64,000 nt of DNA from Saccostrea echinata (taxonomy: Eukaryota): the NCBI RefSeq assembly GCF_033153115.1, contig NW_026889761.1:19902001-19966000 (forward strand), written 5' to 3'. The position numbers were made by a program, and so were the translations under genes. Shown here in pieces: positions 50,241 to 62,841 of this stretch (position 1 is the first letter of the stretch; each line of letters starts with the position of its first letter). The notes under the pieces were generated by a model. The model was given only the letters and a program-made list of their open reading frames with translations. It had not been told where the DNA came from and ran no database searches.

Positions 50241-53200
50241 AGTTTACAGATGGCAGACACCCTTTGATCAGAAAAGCTCACTTGAGCCTTTGGCTCTTTT
50301 TTTTTCTTTCCACATACATAATTGAAAATAAAAAATACATATCAATAAGTTATTCAATTAAATAAAAGAAGCAAATGTGTAAAAGATGATATTGACAATA
50401 CAATTTTTGTGAAATATAACATCATGAACCTAAGAATTAAGAAATGTCTTTTCTCAGAGTGGGGGATTGTCCTCGTCTTGTACGCCTCCATTCTTTATGT
50501 CCAAAAGAAAAATTTAGCAAAACATTCATTTGTAAAATTAAAGTTATGTACAGTATTCTAGCATACATGTACTAAATAAAAGGCCAGAAAACTGAGATCA
50601 TGCATATTGTATACAGTGTATGAGCACATTGTAATAAAGAAGTAAAGTATACTTGATTATGCCTTTATTTATTTACATTTTTTTTTTGGAAAGGTTAAAA
50701 AAATTAGAGTACATTGTTATGATGACCAGACTTGAAGGCATTCATGTAATTGGGTGAATCACAGAGTTTCAGGAATCTTCTGGACTAGTAAGTTATACAT
50801 GTATATATAAAATATTAAATGTCTTTACTCTGTCTAAATTGCATACTTCAGGCTGGAATCTGAAAATAAAAATTGTATTTTCCATATGTATATAATTCAT
50901 ACTATCTTGGTACATGTAGAATTGAAATTCATTCCTTAATTTCACTCCGATTACTTAACCATAAATTGTCATTCTCAAGAATTTTAATAACATTTAACAT
51001 TCAAGTGTATTACCATCTATTTCAGACCAAAAGTGATGGCTCAAACAAATATTAACTGGTACTCTACTTAGTGATCTGGACACTGGATAAGCCAGAAACC
51101 ATTTTCAACAGAACTGTTAAGAGTATAAATGAAAAAAAAACAAGATAGTGATATATACCCACTCTCCAACTCATTCATAGCTTCATTCTTGGCTTCAGTG
51201 TGTCGATTATGAGTCAAGACTTTTCTATTGTACCAAGGCTGAAGGGACTTTCAAATCAAACCATAAACAACAGCACCACAGAGCAGTTGACTTTCATTTC
51301 TTCTACTGAATTTGTATGTCATATCCTTAATTATTACAGTGTGAATTTACTTTGCACAGAAGATGTAAATTATCATAACTTCAACAATAACTTCAACAAG
51401 TATTTACTTTGTCTGTTTCAGACACATAACTTAATTATTTGGTATTTAAAAAAAAGTAATTGGCAGCATTTACTGTGGAATCATCATTGTTCTTGGGGGA
51501 GGATAGGTGGGTCAAACATATCCACTAATTTATATTCCCACAAATACTAATTTTTTCAACTTGTCAATTCATTGAATCTTTAACTTAATGTATTTTAAAG
51601 TTAACCTTATGAATTATGTCTCCACAAACCAGTTGAATTAAATGCCTGTCCACTAACAGCTGATCAATGCCCCCCCCCCCCCCTAAAATATAGAAGGCCA
51701 TATACATGTACATGTATCTGCAGGTACTTTGGGTGGTTTAATCATCTTTGCTTGTGCTGGTCTGTCTGATGTCTTCATCAGCTAACTATTCTGTATCCTA
51801 CAATTAAATTCTTGTTTCCAAATAAAACAGCTGTATAATGCTTTGTATTATTTATGCTTATTTAATTTTGTCTATAGTTTTTAATTTTTTTTTTTACTTA
51901 ATGTTTGGAAAAATAATATGAGAGGGATTTGACAAGAAGTTATATTTCCTGCAAATATACATTTTTTTAAAGTGTGTGTTATATCAGGGACCTATATACT
52001 TTAATAGTTAGTATATAGGTCCCTGGTTATATTTTAAAAGTTCATATTCATACAAAATCTTACAGACATAATTAAAAAAATATATAAAATGTATTCCATG
52101 AGTACATGTTTGAGTGTGTCCTTGATATTTGGTATTCTGGCATTTATTAATGGAAAGACTTGATATAAAATGTTTAAAATCGCAGGGCCCGAATTTACCT
52201 AATGCCGATACAGGAAGTTTTCGAAGGGCAAGGTCAAAATCCACTGGTGACGTAGTTTGATGCAGACTACAAGTCTTGTTTTGCACATAGATTCAAAAAG
52301 TATTACATGTAACAAAGGTGGATATATGGTGTGATAAGTGTTATAAGTAAAACGAATCCAGGAAGTGCATTTACGGGACATGTATAGAAGTGACAAGATG
52401 TTTAATCGTGTTTACATTGAACTATATATATATTGTGTTTGGGATTTACTCATTGCAAGGTAAAGTTGTAGAATTTGTTAACATTTACACTATAGAACGT
52501 ATTCGCTTACATGTTTTGGAAAAGCAGTCATGGCACTCTTGCTTGGTTGATATTTTGCAGCCTCCAATGTTTTTAACATTCAAACTTACGAATCCTTGAG
52601 TATATATGAATTCAAATGGGTCGCAGTGTTTAGCTCTTCTGTCAATTGATATGCAATGTATGCTGAAAACTCCGTATTTTATCACTAATTTTAAAATACA
52701 CATGCCATTGTGTATTAGGTGCTTGGTAAGTCTCGGGCGGTATGCTTTTCCGGACGTCCGGAAGTACAGAGCATTTCCGAAAGTGTGTTACGTCATTACG
52801 TCAATGACGGTAAAGTACGGAAATTCACGAATAATGATGGATCCCCTTCCGAAGTGACGGCCATTTTGGCAATGTTAAATCCCCGTAGACTTTGAATTTG
52901 CCGCCGTGTTAATACACCGGTTGAACTCGAGGGTTCGGATAAATGCAGGGAAATTGGAAAAAAAATGATCTATCTATCGAACCTAAGTTGAAGGCCAAGG
53001 TATTTATATATTTTGAGATAAGTTGCAAAAAGTGGTGACAATAGCTTGGTGGGACAGACTATAATAGTTTTTGACTTATTTCATTGAAACTTGGAGCAAA
53101 TCTAGAATACATATTTTTTTTGTTGTTGTCCCAACTGAAACGAAGAAATGTTGTTCATAAAAAATCAGAAAAGAAGTGTGGAAGTCCAAGCAGACTAATT

Positions 53201-54715
53201 CCAAACCAGTAGAGCTACAAACATTCTCCTTTGAGATTTTTGATTTAGTTTCATTTAATTTTTTAAAGGAATTATTTTGTTCTGAAAATAAGTAATGGAG
53301 TCTTTTGAATCAGGGTTATTTGTTACGGCTTTTAGAAGTACAGCTAAACAAGCTACTAGCACATAGCTGCCATGTTTTACATTGGTTGTGAAAGGGAAAC
53401 ATCTTGCATTGTGTTGTAATACCACAGTTCATTGTTTATTTCTTTTTGATCTTTGTAGAGAGGACTAGGAGCACCTGGGAGGGAACCTGTTGTGTCTGAA
53501 GATGAACAGAAAAAGATGATGGCCTATTACTACAAGAAACAGGAAGAGTTCAAGGTGAATAAGAACTTTTTATCAAGACTTTTTAGTTCACCTAAGGTGA
53601 ACGCTTTTACTTTTTGGATCAAGGTTTGCCCCTTGTCTGGTTGTCTTTCATCTATCTTTCAATTTCTTACATTTTCTCCAGAACCACTGGACCAGTTCAA
53701 ACGAACTTAAAAATCTTCTTTTCAAGAAGATAGGGCTGGGACGATACAACTTTTTCTATATCGATACGTATCCCGATATTTGAGCCACGATACGATATGT
53801 ATCACGATATGTTTAATTGGTTATAAATTCTTTTTTTATATTGAAATGAACAAAACATTTCTTCACAAATAAGAATAATTTATTCAAAGAAGTTGCATAT
53901 CTGTTGTAAAACTTAATTATTTTGCACAAGTGGTCTTAATTATTATGTATTTCATATTTATATTTATATTAAGCATATTTATTTTATATATTAAACCCAA
54001 AATGTTAAGTAAACAAAGAAACACATAAGTCAGAATTTTTTGGGCGATATGTCGATATTTCTTCATACGTATCGATATGCGTATCATCCTCACATTGAAT
54101 CGATATTATCGATATCTCGATATATCGTCCCAGCCCTACAAGAAGAGCAAAGTCCTGATTAGTCATATGAATATGGAAGCATTCTTAGATAATGTAGATT
54201 CAAGTTCATTCAAATCATGACCCCCTGGGGTAGGGTGGGGTCACAATAGGCGATCAAAGGTTTACATAGAAATACATGTTAAACAATCTTTCAAATCCTT
54301 CTCAAGAACAGCAAAGCCATGATTATTAGTCAAATTAATATGGAGTATCCTCAGGTAATGAAGATTCAAGTTCATTTACCAGTAAATTATGCCCCCCTTG
54401 GGTAGGATTGGGCCATAATAGGATATTGAAAACTAACATAGGAATATATCAAAGAAAAAAATCTGCTGATGAAGAGCAGCAGGACCATAGTGACTTAGGT
54501 GAGCATTGTGGCCCATGTGCCTCTTGTTTGCATTTTTAATTTGTTGAAATGATATAAGATTTATCTGCCAAAAGAGGGAACGTCACTAATAAATTTTCTT
54601 TCAGAAACTGGAGGCAGAGTCAGAGGACGCTTACTTAGATTCACCATGGGCAGACTCAAACCAGCTGAAACGTCAATTTCACGGAATGAACAACATCAAA
54701 TGGGGGCCGCGGTAA
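43328..54715 (+). CDS. CFAP298: Cilia- and flagella-associated protein 298 (C21orf59/Kurly), 290 aa
   Basis: Exons 43328-43466, 44930-45097, 45740-45807, 46402-46560, 47375-47506, 53459-53554, 54605-54715 (873 nt). MVKLHIKKGDESQFLY, HGITLPPNMQGLTEEQVEELKLKDEW, DPIGRRNGQAP, GKNEKTKIVAKIQKRG, and C-terminal WADSNQLKRQFHGMNNIKWGPR match the family. Confidence 0.96.
45054..45590 (+). repeat. ~65-bp degenerate tandem copies of CFAP298 coding exon 2 end plus donor
   Basis: About 8 copies of GTCAGGGAAAACAAGGATCCCATTGGAAGACGCAATGGTCAAG|GTGAGTTATGTTTGTGTGT. Confidence 0.85.
46516..46975 (+). repeat. 58-bp tandem copies of CFAP298 coding exon 4 end plus donor
   Basis: CAG|GTAGGT at 46561, 46619, 46677, 46735, 46793 and 46851, then two degenerate units. 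Confidence 0.95.
47966..53063. mobile_element. 5.1-kb non-autonomous DNA transposon with ~190-bp near-perfect TIRs in a CFAP298 intron
   Basis: TATAGTCTGTCCCACCAAGC...GGGGATTTAACAT (47966-48158) and its reverse complement (52872-53063); no long ORF inside; superfamily unresolved. Confidence 0.85.
49430..50296 (+). mobile_element. HINE/pearl-like element with degenerate tandem monomers, nested in the TIR element
   Basis: TTTGAATCTACACTACCTGAGGATGCTT / GAAGAAGATTTTTAAAG monomers; 3' end GATCAGAAAAGCTCACTTGAGCCTTTGGCTC. Confidence 0.65.
53578..54530 (-). mobile_element. HINE/pearl-like element
   Basis: TTTTTAGTTCACCT..AGGTGAAC hairpin at one end and AGGTGAGCATTGTGGCCCATGTGCCTCTTGTTT at the other; interrupted by the hAT MITE. 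Confidence 0.6.
53731..54138. mobile_element. hAT-like MITE with 8-bp TSD
   Basis: TAGGGCTGGGACGATA TIRs; TSD CAAGAAGA on both sides. Confidence 0.9.
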
Positions 54716-55146
54716 CCCCTAGCTATTATATAGAGACAGATTAATTTATAACAATCCTGACATTATAATCACAAAGTGTCCGTCCCAGCATTTGATGAGC
54801 ATTTTCAGACAGATCCAAGCGAAAACACAAAGTGTTCTTCATTTTGTTTGACTTCATTGAAATCATACAAAGATATATTAAGTCATGTGCTAAATAGGTT
54901 ATGTAAAAAAAAAAAAACCTCTTTCTTGCAGGACTAAGAGCTTAAAGTTTGGAAAATGTCAATTAGCCATGCATTTTTGGAAATCATTTTCATTATTTGT
55001 TCTATATCATAGAGATATTTGTACTTGTTCTGTTTCACTGATATTTACAGACAAACAAAAATGTGTGATGCATTAAAAATAAAATGTGATTAAAATGCTA
55101 AAGACTTGATGTGATTTTCATGTTGAGACTAACATCAAAGTTTGTA

Positions 55147-55680
55147 TTTTTAGGTCACCTGAGCCACTCAGGTGACCTATTGCTATCCGTTTTTGTCTGT
55201 CGTCGTGCGATGTGTGTCGTCCGTAAACTTTTGAACATTTTCAACTTCTCTGCAACCGCTGAACCAATTTTAACCAATTTTGACATATAGCATCTATGGT
55301 GAAGAGGAACAAAAATTGTGAATTTTGATGTTCCCTGCCCCCCTGGGGCCTGAGGGGTGGGGCTAAAACCACCAAAATTAATGCAATCTTTAAAAATCTT
55401 CTTTACTCCTAGACATCAAGCAGTCAAACTGTTGGCATGATTGTAATAAGCATTGAGTCCTCTACCAAAATTTTGAAATTTATGGCCCCAGGGTAGGGCT
55501 TCTGGTGAAAGGGGGAGGGGCTCTATTGATTATTTAGTGAAAAAGCATAATTTCTTTGAAAATATTCTTTTCTGCTCCTGGATATTAAACAAACTAACTA
55601 GATACATAGTTATGATGAACAAAGGTGCCTCTTCCAAAATTGTGAATTTCATGACCCTTGGGTGAGGGGTTATGGTGTTA
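55147..55680 (-). mobile_element. Truncated HINE-like element just downstream of CFAP298
   Basis: TTTTTAGGTCACCTGAGCCACTCAGGTGACCTA hairpin, GTC microsatellite, degenerate monomers. Confidence 0.65.
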
Positions 55681-58414
55681 GACTAGATTAATTTTTTTTA
55701 TCAAGGAAAGTTTCTCTTCTTTCCATTTGCCTTTACAATAAAATTAAAATAAAACGTAAAAATAAGATATATATTTTATTTGCCAATTTTACAATATATA
55801 GAAGTACACATTTGTGTCTACTGACATATTCTTCGTTTAGTACTCCATCACTCCCACACACAATAATTTACAATAACCTGCAATCTTCCACTCTTTGCCA
55901 GGACTTGGCTAATAATCAACATTTTACCAGTTGCAATCCAAAAGAGATCGAGCTTTATTTTAACAGTTGTTACAATAATATTAAAATCAATATTTTTTTA
56001 AAATCATCGGTTGAAAATTATACCCATTAACCCAGAAAGGTTGTATTTGAATATCATGACAACATGTTCTATGATCTGAATTTATTTTGTATACATACAA
56101 GGTTGTGTTTGACAAACAAGTCAGGACTTTGTGATATTAGAGCACTCAAAATTAAGAGATGTTATTTTAGTAGTTAATTGTCATTTCCATGAAATGAACT
56201 GATCCTTGTATGGGTCCATCAAAACTGAAATGTATACTTACACAGATATGGGACAACTTTTTAAATTTTTCAATTCAAAAAAATTTGCTGTAATTTCTGT
56301 AGGTTGGAACTTTGGAATTTGAATATCATCATAGAATAATGTAATGTAATGAAGCATTCAAGATTTAAGCCTTCGCTTTTTGTTATTCTAATCCATCACA
56401 GGAAGAAATGGGAATGCATTTATTTACTCAATTACGTGTAAAATTTTCCAGAAACATTGCAAAAATCTTAAATTCATAAAGATAACCTGGAAGATAATAT
56501 TAAACTTAAACTGGGCACAACCAAAATTACTGCAATTGCTAAAGTTACTCTTTTAAACATGATACAGATGCTGCCAAGGAAACTAGTCATGTGACATACA
56601 AGATGTGATGGTCATGTGACTATTATTAAAATGAATGACATGATACCCGTGAATCCGTAGAACACAGAAAGTTTCTAGTCACACAAAAGGAGAATAAAAC
56701 ATGATTAAGTTAAAGCTTGATTATTTGAGTATGCATGGTTTGCCATTCAGTGTTGCCATTGATGGGAATTACCCCAGCATATGTAGGTCAAGGTCATTAT
56801 TCTTGGGAGCCTAATGCATCAATATTTGCACTTACACAAAACAATATTAAGGATGAAAATAAAATTACAATTGCAAATCATTTTTTGCAACTGAATTAGG
56901 GATTTAATATTTGAATTCAAATTTAACAGATTATTGTTATCTTATGTAATTAATGAAAACAATAATTTGAAATAAATGCATGTAGATATGGGAAGTTGAA
57001 GATATTAAACCTTCAGCATTGATTGTACATGAAATGTAAAATGCTATGATTTATGAGAAGCTTTGTATAACATTATGAGCAAATGGATATCTACTCAAAT
57101 ATCCAGCTGTATTTCCCATTCAACATGAACGATATTCTAGTTATATTGTAATGATGAAAATTGGGATATAAATGAAATTGATTAAAAAATACATAAAAAT
57201 GCAGGATATTTGGCGATAAAAATATACGATCAAAATGTTCTGAATAAGCACAATAGATACACATACTTGTTAAAATGTGTTTACAAAACAGAAAAAAAAA
57301 TACAATGTTTATTGCAACTGACAGGTTATAAATAATGTATAATACACAATATATGTACATATGTAACCTGACCATGTATTTACAGAAATTAAAGCTCACC
57401 CCTTAATCTTCACAATGACTAGAAATGGATCATGATCTATATAAAATTCAATAGAAAATTTCCAATGGTAAACAGAATTATTTTTTTATAAATCCCACAC
57501 AGTAATTTTATCCTAGTTATTGTGTATCACAGCATTTTATTCAGATCTGGAAGAGATTCATTTGTATCTTGAACATGCATTTTCATCATTTAATCAAATT
57601 AAACCTTCTTTGCCGTAAAACTCTTGTGTCAATAAAATTTTGATTATTTTTAGCAACATAAAAATTAATTTCTTCCTTTACAGGTTTTTCAAACTAAAGA
57701 AAAAGCATTAAATGTCAAATTTCCCAAGAGGAAATTTTGCCCTAGCTGTTATAAATTTGTAAAAATCTCACTTCATGCCCTATATGAGTGTGGAAAAGAA
57801 GTGTTTGCCATAATCTTGCATAAAAAAGTAACCACTAGTGAACACTAATTTCAAACAATTAAAAAAAAAAAGATATGTGATATGCATGACTTATAGTGAG
57901 TTTAAGAAATCTGTAGTTTTTATCTTACCTATGGGTATGCTTTTAACATTATTTGGTTTTAGCACTATTGATAAATCTTTAATTAGTGGACATTGGACAT
58001 TCATTTCAAGCTTTCTACTTTTTTTTATCTACATTCAAATAAATGCCATATTAACAAATTCAAAATGACCTAAAATAAATTTGTAACTTAATTGTATATT
58101 TTGGGTAAAACTGTGTGTTATTTATGACTTATTCTTGCAGTTTATCCATGTTCCACATTAAATTACAGTGGAGCCTAGTTAATCTGGGTGCTTTGTTAAT
58201 CCAGACGATTTACCCAGAAATAATTAGTTCAGATTAATAAAACTTGACTGTATTTCAAGATCAACAAGGAATCAGATTATATAAAAAATATCAACAGAGT
58301 AAAAAATTCAGCAGCTAAAAGATACAAAACAACATATAGCACCTTGTAGTATTAACAATGTTAAAAAAATTCATTCTAAAAAAAAAAAAAAACCTATTGC
58401 GTATCAAAGAATTG

Positions 58415-61400
58415 TCATCCATAATAATGATTTAACGTTCTGTCTCCATTGTCAATTAAACTCGCTCGAGCTATTGTCCTTCGAGGCTCGAACCTCACAA
58501 CCTCGATTCTGTCCATTGAATCATGTCTCGAAAGCATGGGTGTCTCTACATTGCTTTCAAGAGGCGGGGGTTGTGTGTTACTGTGAGCTGGGTCTGTCAC
58601 ATCCAAAGTAGCCCGCCTCTTTTGTTTATTAATTATCACAAGTTTGATCACTATCACGAGTAGGAATATAATGACACCGACACAGATGCCTAATATCAGG
58701 TATAACAAGGCTTTTTCTCTGTTCTCTGAAAAAAAACATGGCCATACATTTTTAATACATATACAATGTATATAAGTATATTCTTCATTTGAGCTTGACT
58801 TTTTTAAATACTTCAATAAGAAGAAATGACTTCAACAACTTAAAAAAAAAATCATTTTTCGTCCAGGGGCTTGTCACTGAATACCATCAAATTTTTTATT
58901 TCTGTTTGATTTTTGCATTAAAAGGGCTCTGCATGAACTAAATTCCTTTCAATTACTGACAGCTTTTACTTAAAGCTTACTTTCAAAGAAGTTAAAGGTG
59001 TTCAGCCAATCCACAACCAGGCCTGTCGCTGAGCCTTTCCTGCTGGTAGATGGCACCACTGGTTCTGGTGGTGCTAGAGTATAGTTTACGCAATGTGTTG
59101 TGTCATTTCCCTCCATCTTGGAGTCTTGATCCCCATTACTGCTATCAGTATTATCCTTATTTCTCTCTTGGTCTAGGGACAGTAAAAAGAAAACACAAAA
59201 TAATTTAATAGGCAATGTTCAGTATAAAATATGGCCTAGGACAGCTCCTGTCAAACATTAATATACAGGCTTTCCGTGAAATCACTTTTCCTCAGCTATC
59301 ATAACTCATTTCAGAAATGATAATATGAAATTAAGGAAATACAAACTTTTTAAACATGCAGTCAAGGAAGTCGATAAAATTCCTATCAAAATCCAGACAC
59401 CAAACACTTGGTGTGCATGTACTCAGTATGCGTCTTGGTTTTCACACCTGTGCCCTTTAGTATTGATAAATATGTTGTATATCAGGTAATACAATATCTG
59501 ATATACATGCAGATTTCTTGTTGTGGTAAAATGTGATCAATAAATGTTATGTTAAATTTATTATCTTTCACAGTGTAGTTATCTCCTTGATTTAATTACA
59601 TATACCTGAAAATGTTGTACAACAGTTTTTTATGTCCCTGTATCGAAGATTCGAGGGTATATAGTTTTTGTCCTGTCAATCCATTTGTTTGTCTGTTTGT
59701 CCGCTAAAACTTTAACATTGCCCAAAACTTTTGATTGGTTGGAGCTCTAACTTTCATATTTCACATGTGTATTCCTTGTGACAAGACCTTTCTTTAGGTA
59801 CCATCATATTTTAACTTTAACCTTGGCCATAACTTTTGAAGGGTTGGTGCTAGAGCTTTCATACTTCACAAATGTAACCCTTGTGACAAATCCTTCCTTT
59901 GGATCCCAACAACTTTGACCCTTTGACCTGGACCTTGGAGTTTGACCTACTTTTGGAAAACTTTAACCTTGACCACAACTTTTGAACAGTTGGTGCTAGG
60001 GCTTTCATACTTAACATATGTAATCCTTGTGACAAGACCTTCGTTTGGATACCAACAACTTTGACCCTTTGACCATGACCTATTTTTGAAAAAACTTTAA
60101 CCTTGACCATAACTTTTGAATGATTAGTGCTATAGCTTTCATATTTCACATGTGTATTTCTTGTGAGAAGGCCTTTCCTTGGGCACCATTAATTTTGACC
60201 ATTTGACCTTGACCTTGATGTTTGACTTACTTTTGAAAAACTTTAACCTTTTCCATATCTATTCAATGGTTGCTGCTAGGGCTTTCATATTTCAGAGGTA
60301 TATTCATAGAGACAAGACCTTACTTTGGGTACCAACTTATTTGATTTGCATATGAGAAAGTTTAACCTTTGCTATAAGTTGCCTCACAGGGGCTTCAGTA
60401 TTTCAAAACACATCTTGTTTTTTTTTATAATTTCAAATGTATTAAAAATACTATATGGAGAATATTGGTTGCCCTTCCATTATCAAAGTTGCTACATAAA
60501 TGTGCAGCAGTCAGAGGAAAATTTTTTCAGTTTTAGGGTCGAAAGGTCATTGGTCATACTGAAAGGACAAATGCTGCAGACACCATATCACTATAAGGTC
60601 AAAACTGTGTTATTAAAAATGAAAGTTCTCTAGGTAAAATTTATATTAAATCAGGACATCATAAGATTCAGATAGATAAGGTGATAGTGGACTTTTGGGG
60701 CATTCCTTTTATATCTGATGTTTATTATATACAGTTAGTTCTGCATCAATAAAACAAAAGAAAAACAAATTATGGATGTAACTGGAGGTCCATTTTAACT
60801 GTTACCCTGAATTTGGAAATAAAGTAATGGAGGTCCATAATAAGTTTGTTTAACTGTACTTAGTAATAGTGGTTGATTATAACACTTACTATTTTTCTGT
60901 GTACTGTTAATGGAGATCCATTATTAAATAATTGAACTTGGTAATGGAGGTCCATTATAACTATGTTTCACTGTACTTATTATTGGAGGTCCATTATAAC
61001 AACATTTCACTGTACTTATTATTGGGGGCCCATTATAACTATATTTCATTGTACTTATTACTGGAGGTCCATTAAAACTATGTTTCACTGTACTTGGTGA
61101 TGGAGGTCCATTATAACTATGTTTCATTGTACTTATCATTGGAGGTCCATTATAACTATGTTTCACTGTACTTATTATTGGAGGTTCATTATAACTATGT
61201 TTCACAGTACTTATTATTGGAGGTCCATTATAACTATGTTTCACTGTACTTATTATTGGAGGTCCATTATAACTATGTTTCACTGTACTTATTATTGGAG
61301 GCTTATTATAACTTTGTTTCACTGTACCTATTATTGGAGGTCCATTATAACTATATTAATGTAAATGTCTGGTTATAATATGTCTATAATCATGAGTGGA

Positions 61401-62841
61401 AGATTTAATGTAGGGGGCACATCCCCCTTAAAATATTCAAATTTGAGATAAATCATAATGCTACCTAAAAGACATTCTCTCCCTACAAAATCTCTAGAAT
61501 CCAGGACCTTCTGGGTACTTCACCTCCTGGGCTCCCACCTGGGTTTTGTCCTGCACCCACTTGGGGACTCAAAGACAGCCCTCAGATGCCCTGGCTAATC
61601 AGCCCCCTTCCCCAACTTCAAATCCTGTTTCTGCCCTGATCATTCAAGTCAGAGTCTGGTTCAGACTTGTGATACCATGGAATCACCAAAATTTGTGGGT
61701 ACCAATTTTTGTGGATTGCTTAAATTTTACAGGTTTGTTGGGAAATAATTTCATGTATTCACTCATATCTCCAAAAGGAAATATGACTTGAACCCATATT
61801 GATTTGTGGAGGATGTATATTCATGAACGATACCAAACATTCCATGAATATTCAGCCACCAGAAAATCTAATGATTCCACAGTACACTTACAATATTCTG
61901 GTAGTAATACCAAGATATATGTTTAAAATTTTTTGTGGTTATTACCTAAGTGATATATGTCGAAGTCTGGTTTAGATGTGGTTTAAAATTTCTGGTTATT
62001 ACTTTGGGATACATGTTACAGTCTGGTTTAGATGTGGTTTAAATTGTCTGGTTATAATACCTTTGTTATTTTGTGCTAGCTGTGGATATTACCTTTGGGA
62101 TACATATTAGAGTCTGGTTTGGCTGTGGTGAGCTTTGGAAGTTTATATCTGTGTTATTTGTGCTAGCTGTGGATATTACCTTTGGGATACATATTAGAGT
62201 CTGGTTTGGCTGTGGTGAGCTTTGGAAGTTTATATCTGTGTTATTTGTGCTAGCTGTGGATATTACCTTTGGGATACATATTAGAGTCTGGTTTGGCTGT
62301 GGTGAGCTTTGGAAGTTTATATCTGTGTTATTTGTGCTAGCTGTGGATATTACCTTTGGGATACATATTAGAGTCTGGTTTGGCTGTGGTGAGCTTTGGA
62401 AGTTTATATCTGTGTTATTTGTGCTAGCTGTGGATATTACCTTTGGGATACATATTAGAGTCTGATTTAGCTTTGGTGAGCTTTGGAAGTTTATATCTGT
62501 GTTATTTGTGCTAGCTGTGGATATTACCTTAGGGATACATATTAGAGTCTGGTTTAGATGTGGTGAGCTTTGGAGTGTTTATATCCGTGTTATTTGTGCT
62601 AGCTGTGGATATTACCTTTGGGATACATATTAGAGTCTGGTTTAGCGGTGGTGAGCTTTGGAATGTTTATATCTGTGTTAGCTGTGGATATTACCTTTGG
62701 GATACATATTAGAGTCTGGTTTAGATGTGGTGAGCTTTGGAATGTTGATATCTGTATTATTCACACTAGTTGCTGTGGTTCGCTCCTTTTTCTTGCGGTT
62801 CTTTCTATGCCGTATGTTGTGCTTCAGTATTTTTTTCGGTA
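58415..62841 (-). CDS. EVA1C: Protein eva-1 homolog C-like (C21orf63) type I membrane protein, 3' part; lectin-domain exons presumably upstream
   Basis: Exons 62841-62695 (VPKKILKH..., cf. CVPKNIL after the second lectin domain of EVA1C), 59172-58981 (...GLVVDWLNTFNFFE) and 58725-58415 (KNREKALLYLILGICVGVIIFLLVIVIK, the EVA1/FAM176 juxtamembrane and TM motif); phase-consistent; adjacent to CFAP298. Confidence 0.75.
59626..60422 (-). mobile_element. HINE with ~140-bp degenerate tandem monomers
   Basis: TTTTTATGTCCC..CGAAGATTCG..GGG hairpin, GTCT/GTTT microsatellite, CTTTAACCTTGACCATAACTTTTGAA monomers, end CACATCTTGTTT. Confidence 0.7.
60780..61356. repeat. 39-bp minisatellite (~10 good copies plus degenerate ones)
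   Basis: Unit ATTATTGGAGGTCCATTATAACTATGTTTCACTGTACTT. Confidence 0.95.
61895..62760 (-). repeat. 87-bp tandem copies of the EVA1C-like exon end plus donor
   Basis: AAG|GTAAT donors repeat at an 87-bp period (e.g. about 62092, 62179, 62266 and onward). The unit matches the last ~70 nt of exon 62841-62695, and distal copies are shorter and degenerate. Confidence 0.92.

Noticed and set aside
19240-51690. Scattered poly-C/poly-G tracts as functional G-quadruplex sites
   Set aside because: Short homopolymer runs, mostly inside repeats, with no positional pattern.
60924-61378. Repetitive ORFs on both strands (13-aa period)
   Set aside because: By-product of a 39-bp minisatellite in an intron; no splice signals tie it to the gene.
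62073-62465. 130-aa plus-strand repeat ORF
   Set aside because: Antisense reading of the 87-bp donor array.
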